DNA of 64,000 bases from an uncultured delta proteobacterium. Its GTDB lineage: Bacteria; Desulfobacterota; Syntrophia; Syntrophales; UBA2185. The stretch spans positions 64,001-128,000 of the forward strand of contig CAVOID010000008.1 in NCBI GenBank assembly GCA_963695875.1, written 5' to 3'. The notes under the pieces are model-generated. The model saw only the letters and a program-made list of their open reading frames with translations. It was not told the DNA's origin and did not search any database. Below are positions 1-12,608 of this stretch, piece after piece (position 1 is the stretch's first letter; each line of letters opens with the position of its first letter). Made by a program: the position numbers and the translations under genes.

Positions 1-2
1 TT

Positions 3-1712
3 GTGGATGATAGAACACAGGGACAGGAATTATTAGACGAGATTGATTTGACCGTTAAAGATGATGGCGTAAATAATACAGTTGACGAAGCAGGCATTGA
101 TGTATCTGAAGAATTAACGGATGAAATCGTTGATGGGGTGGAAGCTGATGTCTCTGGAGAGATAATAGAAGAGACGGTTTATGAGGCAGAGGCTGATCTT
201 TCGGAACAAGTCGCAGACGAGATTGAGGAGGAAGCATTAATAGAGGAGATTAATCAAGGTATCGAAGATGAAATTATAGACGAAATAGTTGATCAGACAA
301 AGGCAGACGGTGCGGCGCAAACGATAGATGAGATAGCAGAAGATGGATCAATAGATAAAACTGGTCCAGGTATAGGAGGGACCGAAGGAGATGGGGGACT
401 CAGAGAAGTTGATGCGGTTGGGGAGATCCAGGATTATCAGCAGGAAGGTGAAATAGCAGACAAAACGGACTCCGTCGAAGTACTCAAGGAAGATGATGCT
501 ATTGATGAAGTTATAGCGGTTGTGTCGGACGAACTTCCAGCGAATGAACCTCCTGTTGAAGGTGATTTGGAAGAGATGCGGACTGATTCCGCTCTCGAAG
601 AAGTTGAAAGTCAAGAGATGCTTCAGGAGGAAAGTGCATCGGATGAGATTTTGGAAGACCGACCTTTTGGAGAAGCAGATTTGGAGGCTGAAGATCATCT
701 TGACGAAGTTGAAAGTGAGGAGGTGTTTGAGGAAAAGGAGGAAATTGTAGATGAAGTTGTAGTGGAAGACCTTCGACAAAAGGTTGAACTTTTGGCTAAA
801 CTTGCAGAAGCGGCAAGAGTTCTTGAAAAGCTGGGACCGGATCTCAGTGAAAGTATTTATTCCGAGAAAGAGATTAAAGAAAAGGCAAAGCTCTTATCTG
901 AGGAATTTGACCGTGATCTTAGCGTCCGGGAAAGATTTTATAACCAGCACATTTTGATAAAAGGTGGACATTATATTACAGGCAGCAAAAATATCGCAAA
1001 AAATGAGCTTCCAGAACAAAGAGTTCATCTTCGGGATTTTTATATAGGGAAATTCCCTGTCACAAATGCCCTGTTTGAAGTCTTTGTAGACAAAACCGGT
1101 TACCGGACAACTGCGGAGAGACAAGGATATGGCTTCGTCTACACGCCCCGCTCACAGAGAACAAAAAACGTCATGACGGGGACCGAAGAGTTTATCTGGA
1201 ACAAGCATCTGCAATATAAAAAGGTGCAGGGAGCATTCTGGTATCAGCCAAACGGTCCGAATAGCTCACTTTATAATAAACGCAGACATCCGGTAGTACA
1301 AGTCAGCATGGATGATGCTCACGCCTTTGCGGCATGGACCGGCAAGAGAATTCCGACGGAGAATGAATGGGAAGCGGCTGCAAGGACCTCCCACGGATAT
1401 GTGTATCCATGGGGTAATCAGTGGAAGGATAATGCGTGTAATATCGAGAAAAGTTATTTCGGAGAAACAACGCCCGTAGACAAATACCTCGAATTCGCCG
1501 GTGAATCCGGAGTGGCCGACACTTTAGGCAACGTCCTCGAATGGACGCTTGACATTTGGGAAAGCCCGGAATCCGGAGAGAAGAATATTGACATATACGT
1601 TGTTAAAGGCGGCAGTTGGATTTCAAACAGTCTTATAAGTCTATTCGGTCGTTATCCGATGGACAGAAACACTTCATCAAACATCCAAGGCTTCAGATGT
1701 GTCGTGATTTGA
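3..1712 (+). CDS. SUMF1/FGE-sulfatase-like domain protein with long acidic N-terminal region (probably 5'-truncated by the window)
   Basis: C-terminal FGE-fold motifs FYIGKFPVTN, HPVVQVS, AAWTGKRIPTENEWEAAAR, YPWG, GNVLEWT, KGGSW, GFRCV; D/E-rich N-terminus. Confidence 0.85.
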   Translation: MDDRTQGQELLDEIDLTVKDDGVNNTVDEAGIDVSEELTDEIVDGVEADVSGEIIEETVYEAEADLSEQVADEIEEEALIEEINQGIEDEIIDEIVDQTKADGAAQTIDEIAEDGSIDKTGPGIGGTEGDGGLREVDAVGEIQDYQQEGEIADKTDSVEVLKEDDAIDEVIAVVSDELPANEPPVEGDLEEMRTDSALEEVESQEMLQEESASDEILEDRPFGEADLEAEDHLDEVESEEVFEEKEEIVDEVVVEDLRQKVELLAKLAEAARVLEKLGPDLSESIYSEKEIKEKAKLLSEEFDRDLSVRERFYNQHILIKGGHYITGSKNIAKNELPEQRVHLRDFYIGKFPVTNALFEVFVDKTGYRTTAERQGYGFVYTPRSQRTKNVMTGTEEFIWNKHLQYKKVQGAFWYQPNGPNSSLYNKRRHPVVQVSMDDAHAFAAWTGKRIPTENEWEAAARTSHGYVYPWGNQWKDNACNIEKSYFGETTPVDKYLEFAGESGVADTLGNVLEWTLDIWESPESGEKNIDIYVVKGGSWISNSLISLFGRYPMDRNTSSNIQGFRCVVI

Positions 1713-1739
1713 TTTTTTTTGCGTGTATCTCGCGACCCT

Positions 1740-3536
1740 CTAGTCTGAGTCGGTCTTCAGGACAGCCAAGAAAGCGCTTTGCGGTATGCTGACCGATCCG
1801 ATCATCTTCATCCGCTTCTTTCCTTTCTTCTGTTTCTCCAATAGTTTCCGCTTTCGGGTAATATCGCCACCGTAACACTTTGCCGTTACATCCTTGCGGA
1901 ATGCTGAAATGGTGGTCCGCGCAACAATTTCCCCGCCTATTGCCGCTTGAATAGCGATTTTGAACATCTGGCGGGGGATCTCCTCTTTTAATCGCTCGCA
2001 GGCCTGGAGCCCTCTTGCGCGTGCCCGATCACGGTGGGTGATCTGTGAAAGGGCATCGACCTTCTCTCCGTTAACCAGGATATCCAGCAAGACGAGATTG
2101 CTTTCCCTATAGTCGATAACATCATAGTCAAAAGAACCGTACCCCTGGGTGATGGACTTGAAACGGTCATAATAATCGTATATTACCTCGGCCAGAGGCA
2201 TTTCGTAGATGAGTTCTATGCGGCCGGGACCGGTATAGTGTATGTTTGAGTTCACGCCTCGTTTTTCCATACAGAGTTTCATCACTGCGCCAAGGTACCT
2301 TTCCGGCAGAAGCATGGTGGCCCGGATATAGGGTTCTTCAGAGTTTGCAACGGTAATTAGATCGGGATAGTTGGCGGGATTGTCTACATAAAGCATTGCC
2401 CCATCTTTCAGAATAAACCGGTAGCGGACACTGGGAACAGAAAGAATTATGGATAGACCATATTCACGCTCAATTCTTTCCTGGACGATTTCAAGGTGCA
2501 GGAGCCCTAGAAAGCCGCACCGGAAACCCTGGCCTAAAGCTACGGAGGAATCTTTCTGATACACGAAAGATGAATCGTTGAGTTTGTATTTTTCGAGGGA
2601 AGTGGCAAGATCTTCATAATCGTCAGATGCAATTGGATAGATAGACGCAAAAACAACGGGCTTTACTTCCTTGAAACCGGGAAGCGGTTTTTCACAGGGC
2701 CTCTCATTCAAGGTGATCGTATCTCCGATATGGACATCCGAGATTGTCTTTAAGCCGGCGATGATATAGCCGACCTCACCGGATGAGAGTTTGTCGCGCT
2801 TCTCTCGGGAAAGGAGAAAGTGCCCGACCTCTTCAACTTTGTAATTGGCGTTGTTGGACATGAAACGGATTATATCACCGCTTTTGACGTCTCCGTCAAA
2901 AACACGACAGTTTATGACCGTTCCGCGAAAAAGGTCATACTTGGCGTCGAAGATAAGTGCAGACAGAGGCGCCTGTGGATTGCCTGACGGAGGAGGAATC
3001 CTCTCCACAATTGCTTCTAGAATATCTTCAATTCCTGTACCTTCTTTGGCGGAGCATTTCAGGTGAATGTCAGGATCCAGCCCCAGTTCTTCTTCTATCT
3101 GCTCGATAACCTGTTCAATATTTGCGGACGGAAGGTCAATCTTGTTGATAATGGGGATGATAGTGAGGTCATGTTCCATGGCAAGGTAAAGATTGGCGAC
3201 AGTCTGGGCCTGTACACCCTGGGCAGCATCGATAAGGAGAAGAACACCCTCGCAGGAAGCCAGGGAACGGGAGACTTCATAGGAAAAGTCAACATGCCCC
3301 GGCGTATCTATGAGATTAAGGCTGTATGTCTTTCCGTCTCTCGCCCGGTATGGCAGAGAAATAGCCTGGCTCTTGATCGTTATCCCCCGCTCCCGTTCAA
3401 TATCCATCGTATCCAGGATCTGGTTTTTGAAGGTGCGTTCATCGGACACACCGGTATACTGGATAAGTCGGTCGGCAAGGGTCGACTTACCGTGGTCAAT
3501 GTGGGCAATGATGCTGAAATTCCGAATGTTACTCAT
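1740..3536 (-). CDS. lepA: Translation elongation factor 4 (LepA)
   Basis: IRNFSIIAHIDHGKSTLADR, ERERGITIK, DTPGHVDF, C-terminal KCYGGDITRKRKLLEKQK; ATG at 3536 preferred over ORF start 3569. Confidence 0.98.
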   Translation of the reverse strand: MSNIRNFSIIAHIDHGKSTLADRLIQYTGVSDERTFKNQILDTMDIERERGITIKSQAISLPYRARDGKTYSLNLIDTPGHVDFSYEVSRSLASCEGVLLLIDAAQGVQAQTVANLYLAMEHDLTIIPIINKIDLPSANIEQVIEQIEEELGLDPDIHLKCSAKEGTGIEDILEAIVERIPPPSGNPQAPLSALIFDAKYDLFRGTVINCRVFDGDVKSGDIIRFMSNNANYKVEEVGHFLLSREKRDKLSSGEVGYIIAGLKTISDVHIGDTITLNERPCEKPLPGFKEVKPVVFASIYPIASDDYEDLATSLEKYKLNDSSFVYQKDSSVALGQGFRCGFLGLLHLEIVQERIEREYGLSIILSVPSVRYRFILKDGAMLYVDNPANYPDLITVANSEEPYIRATMLLPERYLGAVMKLCMEKRGVNSNIHYTGPGRIELIYEMPLAEVIYDYYDRFKSITQGYGSFDYDVIDYRESNLVLLDILVNGEKVDALSQITHRDRARARGLQACERLKEEIPRQMFKIAIQAAIGGEIVARTTISAFRKDVTAKCYGGDITRKRKLLEKQKKGKKRMKMIGSVSIPQSAFLAVLKTDSD

Positions 3537-3607
3537 AAATTTAAAGTCAAAAAAGCCTTCCGGTTGCATACTAGGAAGGCTTCTTGAGTATTTATTACGG
3601 CCGCTGT

Positions 3608-4282
3608 CTATGTCAGCAATTCCAGAAGATTTTTGGAGACCACTTTGACGCCGGGGCGAGAATCCACCTGAATGACTTTTACTCTTTCTTTGAAGTAATT
3701 AACGGCAGCCTGCGTACCTTTTTTTGTATCAAAGTAGATGCTGTGTCTTTTATCAATGGCCACTTCATCCTGGTCATCAGCACGGGTTAAGAGGCCCTCG
3801 CGGCCGCATACCCGGCAAAACAGCTTACCATCCTTCTCTACCGGCAGGTTTTCTTTAACATAAATATTGTTTGGGTGGTTGTTGTCAGTGGGGCACAACC
3901 GCCTTCCCATGATGCGCCTCTTGCAAGTTTCCCTGTCGATTTCAAGCTCAATAACATAATCCAACTTGATTTTTTCCTTTTGCAGGGCGTTCCAGAAGGC
4001 CTCTGCCTGTGTTATATTCCGCGGGAAACCATCCAGCAGCCATCCGTTTTTGCAGTCATCTTCCTGTAGACGTTTAAGGATCATCGGAATAGTAATATCG
4101 TCGGGAACCAGTTCGCCCCGGTCGATAAAGGACTTTGCCTGTTTCCCCAGCTCTGTTCCTTTCGCTATGTTTTCCCTGAAAATTACCCCTGTTTCTACCT
4201 GAGGTATCCTGAACTTTTCAGTCACAATCGCCCCAAAAGTCCCTTTACCGCTGCCGTTCGGCCCAAACATAATAATATTCAT
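3608..4282 (-). CDS. adk: Adenylate kinase, Cys/His metal-binding LID type
   Basis: GPNGSGKGT P-loop, GELVPD, LLDGFPRN, RADD. Confidence 0.96.
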   Translation of the reverse strand: MNIIMFGPNGSGKGTFGAIVTEKFRIPQVETGVIFRENIAKGTELGKQAKSFIDRGELVPDDITIPMILKRLQEDDCKNGWLLDGFPRNITQAEAFWNALQKEKIKLDYVIELEIDRETCKRRIMGRRLCPTDNNHPNNIYVKENLPVEKDGKLFCRVCGREGLLTRADDQDEVAIDKRHSIYFDTKKGTQAAVNYFKERVKVIQVDSRPGVKVVSKNLLELLT

Positions 4283-4404
4283 TGTATTCGACTCTCTCTC
4301 AAAAAAAGGATTTTTTATATGGCTCTCTATAATAGATTGATGTGATTTTTACAATGAAAAATATTGCTGATTTTTACATTGAAGCGGCGGCCTGTCACGC
4401 GCAA

Positions 4405-4620
4405 TCAATGGGAACCGCATGAGCCGCACGATGTAGCGGCGCAGGATGAACAGCCTGCTGATGATGTATTTCCGATCTTTCCGCCGAATATCGACATCAA
4501 CTTCTCTGTCTTTTTTGACTTGCACGCAGGGCAGGATACTGCAATGCTTTCACTGCTGGATCTGAATAAAATCTCAAAGATGTTGCTGCATTTTTTGCAC
4601 TTAAATTCGTAAATAGGCAT
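4405..4620 (-). CDS. FmdB-family zinc-ribbon regulatory protein
   Basis: MPIYEFKCKKC...CPACKS...KLMS and Cys/Ser-rich tail. Confidence 0.9.
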   Translation of the reverse strand: MPIYEFKCKKCSNIFEILFRSSSESIAVSCPACKSKKTEKLMSIFGGKIGNTSSAGCSSCAATSCGSCGSH

Positions 4621-4647
4621 ATTCCCCTCGCACCCGTCTCTACTTAA

Positions 4648-4676
4648 ATTCTAGACACTGGGTGCCTAAATGTCAA
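4648..4676 (-). promoter_or_regulatory. Sigma70-type promoter upstream of the FmdB-family gene
   Basis: Minus strand TTGACA-N17-TAGAAT, 27 nt upstream of the ATG. Confidence 0.65.
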
Positions 4677-4776
4677 GGGCATTCAGACAGCTCTAGGGTT
4701 GTCATATTGACGTAACCGGCATGCTGTGTTAATGAATCATGAAAACGCTGCAAACGCCTGCGTTGAGGAGTTTCCT

Positions 4777-5962
4777 ATGGCCGTTTCCAAAAAAGTTCGC
4801 GGATTGATTTCTCAGTCCTCGTGGATCAGGAAGATGTTTGAGGAAGGCAGCCTCTTGAAGAAGCAATACGGGGCAGAGAATGTTTTCGATTTCAGCATCG
4901 GTAATCCGAGTGTCGAGCCACCGCTTGAATTCAAGAAAGCACTACGGCAGGTTGCGGGTGATGATATTCCCGGTGTTCATGGATATATGTCTAATGCCGG
5001 ATACCCTGAGACGAGAGAGGTCGTTGCCGCATATCTCAGTCAGGAGCATGGCGTGCCGCTGGGTGCTGATCATGTGATTATGACCTGTGGCGCTGCCGGA
5101 GCTCTGAATGTCATATGTAAAGTGACTTCTTGAACCGGGTGATGAGGTTCTTATCCCTACGCCATGTTTCATGGAATACAGATTTTATGTCGATAACGCG
5201 GACGGCGTTGCCACATTCGTGAAGTCAAATGCCGATTTTTCTCTTGATTTCGGTGCGATACGGGATGCCATTACGGAAAGGACAAAGATAGTCCTCATCA
5301 ATTCTCCCAATAATCCGACAGGGAAGGTGTATGACGTAGCATCTATACGGAGGCTCTCTAAACTATTGGAGGATGGGAGCAGGAAATATGGAAGGGATAT
5401 TTACCTCGTTTCAGATGAACCGTACAGAGAGATTGTCTATGACGGCGTAACGGTGCCGAGCATCCTCGCGGCTTATAAAAACAGCATGATTGCCTCTTCC
5501 TATTCGAAGAGTCTATCCCTCGCTGGCGAGCGGATTGGCTATCTGGCTGTCAATCCTGCAGTGTCCGATATCGAAGAGGTTATGAGCGGACTCGTTCTCT
5601 ACAATAGAACTCTTGGTTTTGTTAATGCTCCCGCCTTGATGCAGAGGGTGATTGCAAAAATACAAGGTGTGACGGTTGATGTGGGTCAGTACAGAAAAAA
5701 GAGAGAGCTCCTATGCGACGGCCTTTCATCCATCGGTTATGAATTCACAAAGCCCGATGGGACCTTCTACCTCTTTTCCAGGACCCCAATTGAAGATGAT
5801 ATCGGATTTGTCAGGGCGCTCACGAAGAGAAAAATTCTTACCGTTCCCGGTACAGGCTTCGGATGGCCGGGGTATTTCCGGATCGCATTTTGCGTGGATG
5901 ATGCGACTATTATTGATTCAATGAAGGGTTTTGAGGAGACGTTTAAGGAATATCGTCAGTAG
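4777..5962 (+). CDS. Class I PLP-dependent aminotransferase, split by a +1 frameshift near 5125
   Basis: SSWIRKMFEEG...FSIGNP, then LLEPGDEV in the next frame, INSPNNPTG, SDEPY, SYSKSLSLAGERIGY. Confidence 0.9.
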
Positions 5963-6228
5963 GTGATGCGGAAATCCCGGAATTCACCGGTGTAGGTCTC
6001 TTCGGCAGCATCAACTTTGGTGACGATCGCATGCGGCGGGCCTTTCTTGCACCATTCCAGCATTGTCTGAACATTTGTATCTTCACCTTCAAAGACAGCC
6101 TCGACACTGCCGTCGTGGAGATTCCTGACCCAGCCGGTCAGCTTTAGAGCCATGGCAGTCTCCCTGGTATGTGCCCGGAAAAAAACACCCTGGACCCTGC
6201 CGGAGATGATAACGCGCATTCGCTTCAT
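5956..6228 (-). CDS. acyP: Acylphosphatase
   Basis: SGRVQGVFFR, GWVRNLHDGSVE, GPPHA. Confidence 0.95.
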   Translation of the reverse strand: MKRMRVIISGRVQGVFFRAHTRETAMALKLTGWVRNLHDGSVEAVFEGEDTNVQTMLEWCKKGPPHAIVTKVDAAEETYTGEFRDFRITY

Positions 6229-6255
6229 TGTTGTCATTACCTATCGAATCTCTCG

Positions 6256-6346
6256 ATAGAACGGCCCTGCCTGCGGTTAATTGTAATAGAACACTTCAAC
6301 AGTGGACTTCGTGTTCTTCACAATTATTTGAAGGCAGCCGTTATGA
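6256..6346. repeat. About 90-bp imperfect inverted repeat (attC-like or terminator) between the SWIM gene and acyP
   Basis: Arms aacgg..ctgcct..taattgt..gaacac and gtgttc..acaatta..aggcag.ccgtt. Confidence 0.6.
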
Positions 6347-6697
6347 GACAATTTCTACTCCTGTTTTGAGAGCATGCTCTATCTCTTCTTTGAGCCTTTT
6401 CTCCTTTTTTTGCGCTTCTTCTGTCTCTTTTTTGAGGATATTATAGGAAGATATTATCTCTCTGTATCCGCTTTTCTTGACCAAATCATGCACTAGTTCA
6501 AGTGTTTCCCGGTCAGTCTTATCAAGAAGCAATGATGGGTCTCCATCAAGAAGTCCGATCTTATGTTTGCAGAGTTTTCCAAATATGCCAGCCTGACAGT
6601 TGCAGAACACTGTAAATTGATTGTCTGAAAATATAAATTGAATATTGTAAGGTTCTCCAGAACTACTTGTTACCTTAAAAGTGATTTTTGTATCCAT
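6341..6697 (-). CDS. Stand-alone SWIM zinc-finger protein
   Basis: VTSSSGEPY...CNC-x8-CKH SWIM motif; charged helical C-terminus. Confidence 0.8.
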   Translation of the reverse strand: MDTKITFKVTSSSGEPYNIQFIFSDNQFTVFCNCQAGIFGKLCKHKIGLLDGDPSLLLDKTDRETLELVHDLVKKSGYREIISSYNILKKETEEAQKKEKRLKEEIEHALKTGVEIVS

Positions 6698-6699
6698 TG

Positions 6700-9337
<2,638 letters not shown>

Positions 9338-9473
9338 GGGTTTCGGTTCCTTTCTTTCGACTTCATATAAATAGTATAAAAAATGAGTGGATAAAGTCAA
9401 ACTAAAAGCACAGGTTCTCCTATTCACGGAACTGGGGTGAAGATTTAGACTCCTTTTATGGAATTGAACATAA

Positions 9474-9736
9474 TTAGAAATCAACAAGGTAGCAAAAGTT
9501 TTCGGTTTAAAGAGATCAACAAAAAGTGCGGTAAAGTGTGTCGGTTCCGCCATAACGAGTGCCTCGAAGAAAAGAGAAAAAGTTGTCTTGGTAGGTTTCG
9601 GTACTTTCAGTACGGCAAAAAGAGCTGCCAGAAAGGCTGAGAATCCCTCGGACAGACGAGGGAATAAAAATCAAGGCAAAGAATTGTTCCTAAATTTGCT
9701 CCTGGAAACTCCTTAAAAGAGGCAGTTGAAGAATAA
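9474..9736 (+). pseudogene. hup: HU-family DNA-binding protein, frameshifted (absent from the ORF track)
   Basis: Joined frames read EINKVAKVFG...EKVVLVGFGTFSTAKRAARKAENP/RTDEGIKIKAKN/VPKFAPGNSLKEAVEE*; two +1 shifts and no clean start. Confidence 0.85.
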
Positions 9737-9966
9737 TCATTTTTCTATTGCGCCTTCTCCGTTTCTATTCAAGGAAAAGCGCTTCTTTTTATCACTTCAA
9801 AATATTATTAAAATATGATTCCCTCCCCCGCGATGGAGGAGGGAAGGGGGACTGACATTGACATTCCGCGGTTTCCCTCAGAACATGAACAATTAATAAA
9901 ACAGTAAAGTTTAACGGAAATACAATACTGGCTGATATCAAGAAATATGCGAGGCTAAAAATAGTA

Positions 9967-10998
9967 TTATGAGAGGTTTATAAGACATGATCTTAAATTT
10001 GCTCTCTTGTTCTGAAGCCCGAGCTTGTTTCTAATGTTTTTTCTGTGAAAATCAACCGTCCTCTCGGAGACATTTAGTAACTCTCCTATATCCTTACTGG
10101 TCTTACCCTCCTTAACAAGATTTGCTATTTGAATTTCCTTGGAAGTAAGATTTAAATATTTTGAGGATAATCTTTGTGAAAATGAAGAAGTGATATCCCT
10201 AAGATTTGATTCGAGGATGCTTACATGGGCTGCGGCTTTTGTTTTTAGACTGAGCTTCTTTAACTTTTCAATATGAGGAATAACAAGGTTCTTGACGTTT
10301 GCCAGTATCCACTCCTCAAGCTCAGCTTTGTCCTTTTCTCTCTGCTTCAACAAAACTTTTAGAGCCGTATTAAATTCCTCGAGATTTTGAGATTTCATCT
10401 CCAGAGTCTCCTCTGCACGCCTGCGTTCTCCAATCTCATCCGTGAGTTGACGGTTTTTCTGCACAAGTTCGGCAGTACGTTCCTCAACAAGTCGTTCAAG
10501 ATTGTCGTGAGCCTGTCTTAGCGCTTCCTCCGCCTGCTTGCGCTCCTCCAATGTGTCTGTCAGTTTGGATATCAGTTCCTTTTCATTGTCTATTTTCTTC
10601 TTCAGTTCTACATGGGTACGGACTCTCGCGAGCAATTCCGCAGAGTTGAAGGGTTTTGTCACGTAATCCACAGCACCTGCTTCATATCCCTTCAAAATGT
10701 CTTCCGTCTCGTCTTTTACGGTTAGAAATATGACCGGAATATCCTTTGTTGAGGATCCCTTTAATATGTTGCAAACTTCAAATCCGTCCATTTCGGGCAT
10801 CATAATATCCAAAAGGACAAGGTCTGGGTAAATCTTTTCAACTGTATCAAGCGCCTGTCTACCGTTCATGGCGACCGCTATCTGATAATCTTCCCTGCTC
10901 AGTGTCATTGCCAGTACCTGGAGATCGATCGGAGTGTCATCCACAATTAAAATCATAGGCCTTTTTGGTTCTGATGGAATATGAACGTCATTCACCAT
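9967..10998 (-). CDS. Response regulator: REC + coiled coil + LuxR-type HTH
   Basis: ILIVDD, LLDIMMPEMDG, DYVTKPF; C-terminal LTSKEIQIANLVKEGKTSKDIG...TVDFHRKNIRNKLG. Confidence 0.93.
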   Translation of the reverse strand: MVNDVHIPSEPKRPMILIVDDTPIDLQVLAMTLSREDYQIAVAMNGRQALDTVEKIYPDLVLLDIMMPEMDGFEVCNILKGSSTKDIPVIFLTVKDETEDILKGYEAGAVDYVTKPFNSAELLARVRTHVELKKKIDNEKELISKLTDTLEERKQAEEALRQAHDNLERLVEERTAELVQKNRQLTDEIGERRRAEETLEMKSQNLEEFNTALKVLLKQREKDKAELEEWILANVKNLVIPHIEKLKKLSLKTKAAAHVSILESNLRDITSSFSQRLSSKYLNLTSKEIQIANLVKEGKTSKDIGELLNVSERTVDFHRKNIRNKLGLQNKRANLRSCLINLS

Positions 10999-11087
10999 TT
11001 ATCATCTCCTTAAACTAATAATCCTTTTCTTTATTTAAGCCTTCATAACATCTGTCTTCCCCAGCCTGGGAAAAAAAGTTTTTTTTG

Positions 11088-11849
11088 CTATAATGATTTG
11101 ATTTTGCTAACCAGCTCCGGAAAGGAATTTAAAAGAAGATTGATATTCTCAATATCGAAGTTGCTTACGCACATAAGCAGGTCATCTCCGAATTTCTCCA
11201 GGGGTTTTAGATGGTATTTTTCTCCCTGTGCTTTTATATGACATCCGAAACTGCCGATTTCGTCAAAAATCACACGTTGTTTTATCGTCTCCCACAACGG
11301 CATACTCTCTTTTTCCAGTTGACGGATGACCTCTTTGAGCTCCGTTGGACTTTCATATGCCCACTCGGCTGCTGCCTCTTTTTCAAATTTTTTTACCAAA
11401 CCTTTCGCGCCTGGAGCATCCAAACATTTGACCGATTCCAATACCTGTCTCAAGGCCTGGTCGAAAACCTCTAACATGGAATCGAATTTTTCGAGTATTT
11501 GTTGCTTGATGCACTTCTCTAATTCGGATGCGACGGCATGCAGATCTTTAGCAGAAAGATTACCAGATACTCCCTTAATGGTATGAGCCAAGTGCACAGC
11601 CGTGTCCATGTCGTTACGCTTCAGGGCAGCTTTAATCTCATCCGTCACACCCGCATAATCACGGGAAAACACCAGCAATAGCCGGATAAATAATTTCCTA
11701 TCCCCTCCTATTCGTTCCAGCCCCGCGGGGATATCAAAGCCGGGTAGAGTGTCGGGAAGGGTTTTCTCAGGTCTTTTCACCGATTTTATAGCCAGTGATT
11801 GCATACATAGGATTAATTTTTGAACAAAATATATGATTCTATCTATCAT
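11088..11849 (-). CDS. Hpt-domain protein resembling the tail of a hybrid histidine kinase
   Basis: GLERIGGD...LAHTIKGVSGNLSA Hpt motif; start uncertain. Confidence 0.82.
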   Translation of the reverse strand: MIDRIIYFVQKLILCMQSLAIKSVKRPEKTLPDTLPGFDIPAGLERIGGDRKLFIRLLLVFSRDYAGVTDEIKAALKRNDMDTAVHLAHTIKGVSGNLSAKDLHAVASELEKCIKQQILEKFDSMLEVFDQALRQVLESVKCLDAPGAKGLVKKFEKEAAAEWAYESPTELKEVIRQLEKESMPLWETIKQRVIFDEIGSFGCHIKAQGEKYHLKPLEKFGDDLLMCVSNFDIENINLLLNSFPELVSKIKSL

Positions 11850-12110
11850 GATTTATATCATAAATCTACTGATTATATGGGTAAAATTGGATGCTCCTTT
11901 GTGAAAAATAGGTTACCGTCCAAACACATAAATAAATGTTTGAACGAACAGTAATCGAAAAATAGAGGGCAGCCGTTTACACGTATTGAATATTTCAGAA
12001 CAGGCTGTATATCTTCTGATAATAGGAAATGATTCGGATAAACAAATAATGCTTGTCTTTTTATGTTGTATATATATAATTCTTTCGCAATGTGGTAAGG
12101 AGTTAAGAAA

Positions 12111-12597
12111 GTGAAAATCGGGGTAATTTCGGATACCCATCTTACCTGTTGTGATGACCGGCTCATACACCTTCTGCACGATCATTTTCGTGATGTTGAT
12201 TTGATTTTGCATGCAGGGGATCTTGTTGATATCAGAGTTCTTGATGCATTTACGGGGAAAGACCTTAGGGCTGTGTGCGGCAATATGGATCCATTGTCGG
12301 TCAGGAAGTCTCTTCCTGACCGACTGATTCTTAACATAAACAACTATGAGGTAGGGCTTATTCATGGATGGGGTATGCCTTTTGGTATTGAGAATAAGAT
12401 ATTAAAAGAAATAGGGCATGTGGATTGTCTTGTTTACGGTCATACGCACCGGCCAGTCAATGAAGTAAAGAATGGTATACTCTTTTTCAATCCCGGATCA
12501 GCGACTGATAAACGATTCGCGTCCCGCAACACAGTAGGTATTCTTGAGATTGGGGAAAGGAATCAAAGGTGAAATCATCGAACTGAGTGATTTATAA
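12111..12597 (+). CDS. YfcE/MJ0936-family metallophosphoesterase; +1 shift near 12561 restores IKGEIIEL*
   Basis: ISDTH, HAGD, GNMD, HG, YGHTH, NPGS motifs. Confidence 0.92.
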
Positions 12598-12608
12598 GGT
12601 TCCGTACT

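Noticed and set aside
9338..9553. N-terminal extension of the 161-aa ORF and the 9458-9640 ORF
   Set aside because: They overlap the HU remnant in antisense or alternative frames
9819..9850. GC-rich hairpin ttccctcc...ggagggaa
   Set aside because: Single short copy; at most a terminator or REP remnant
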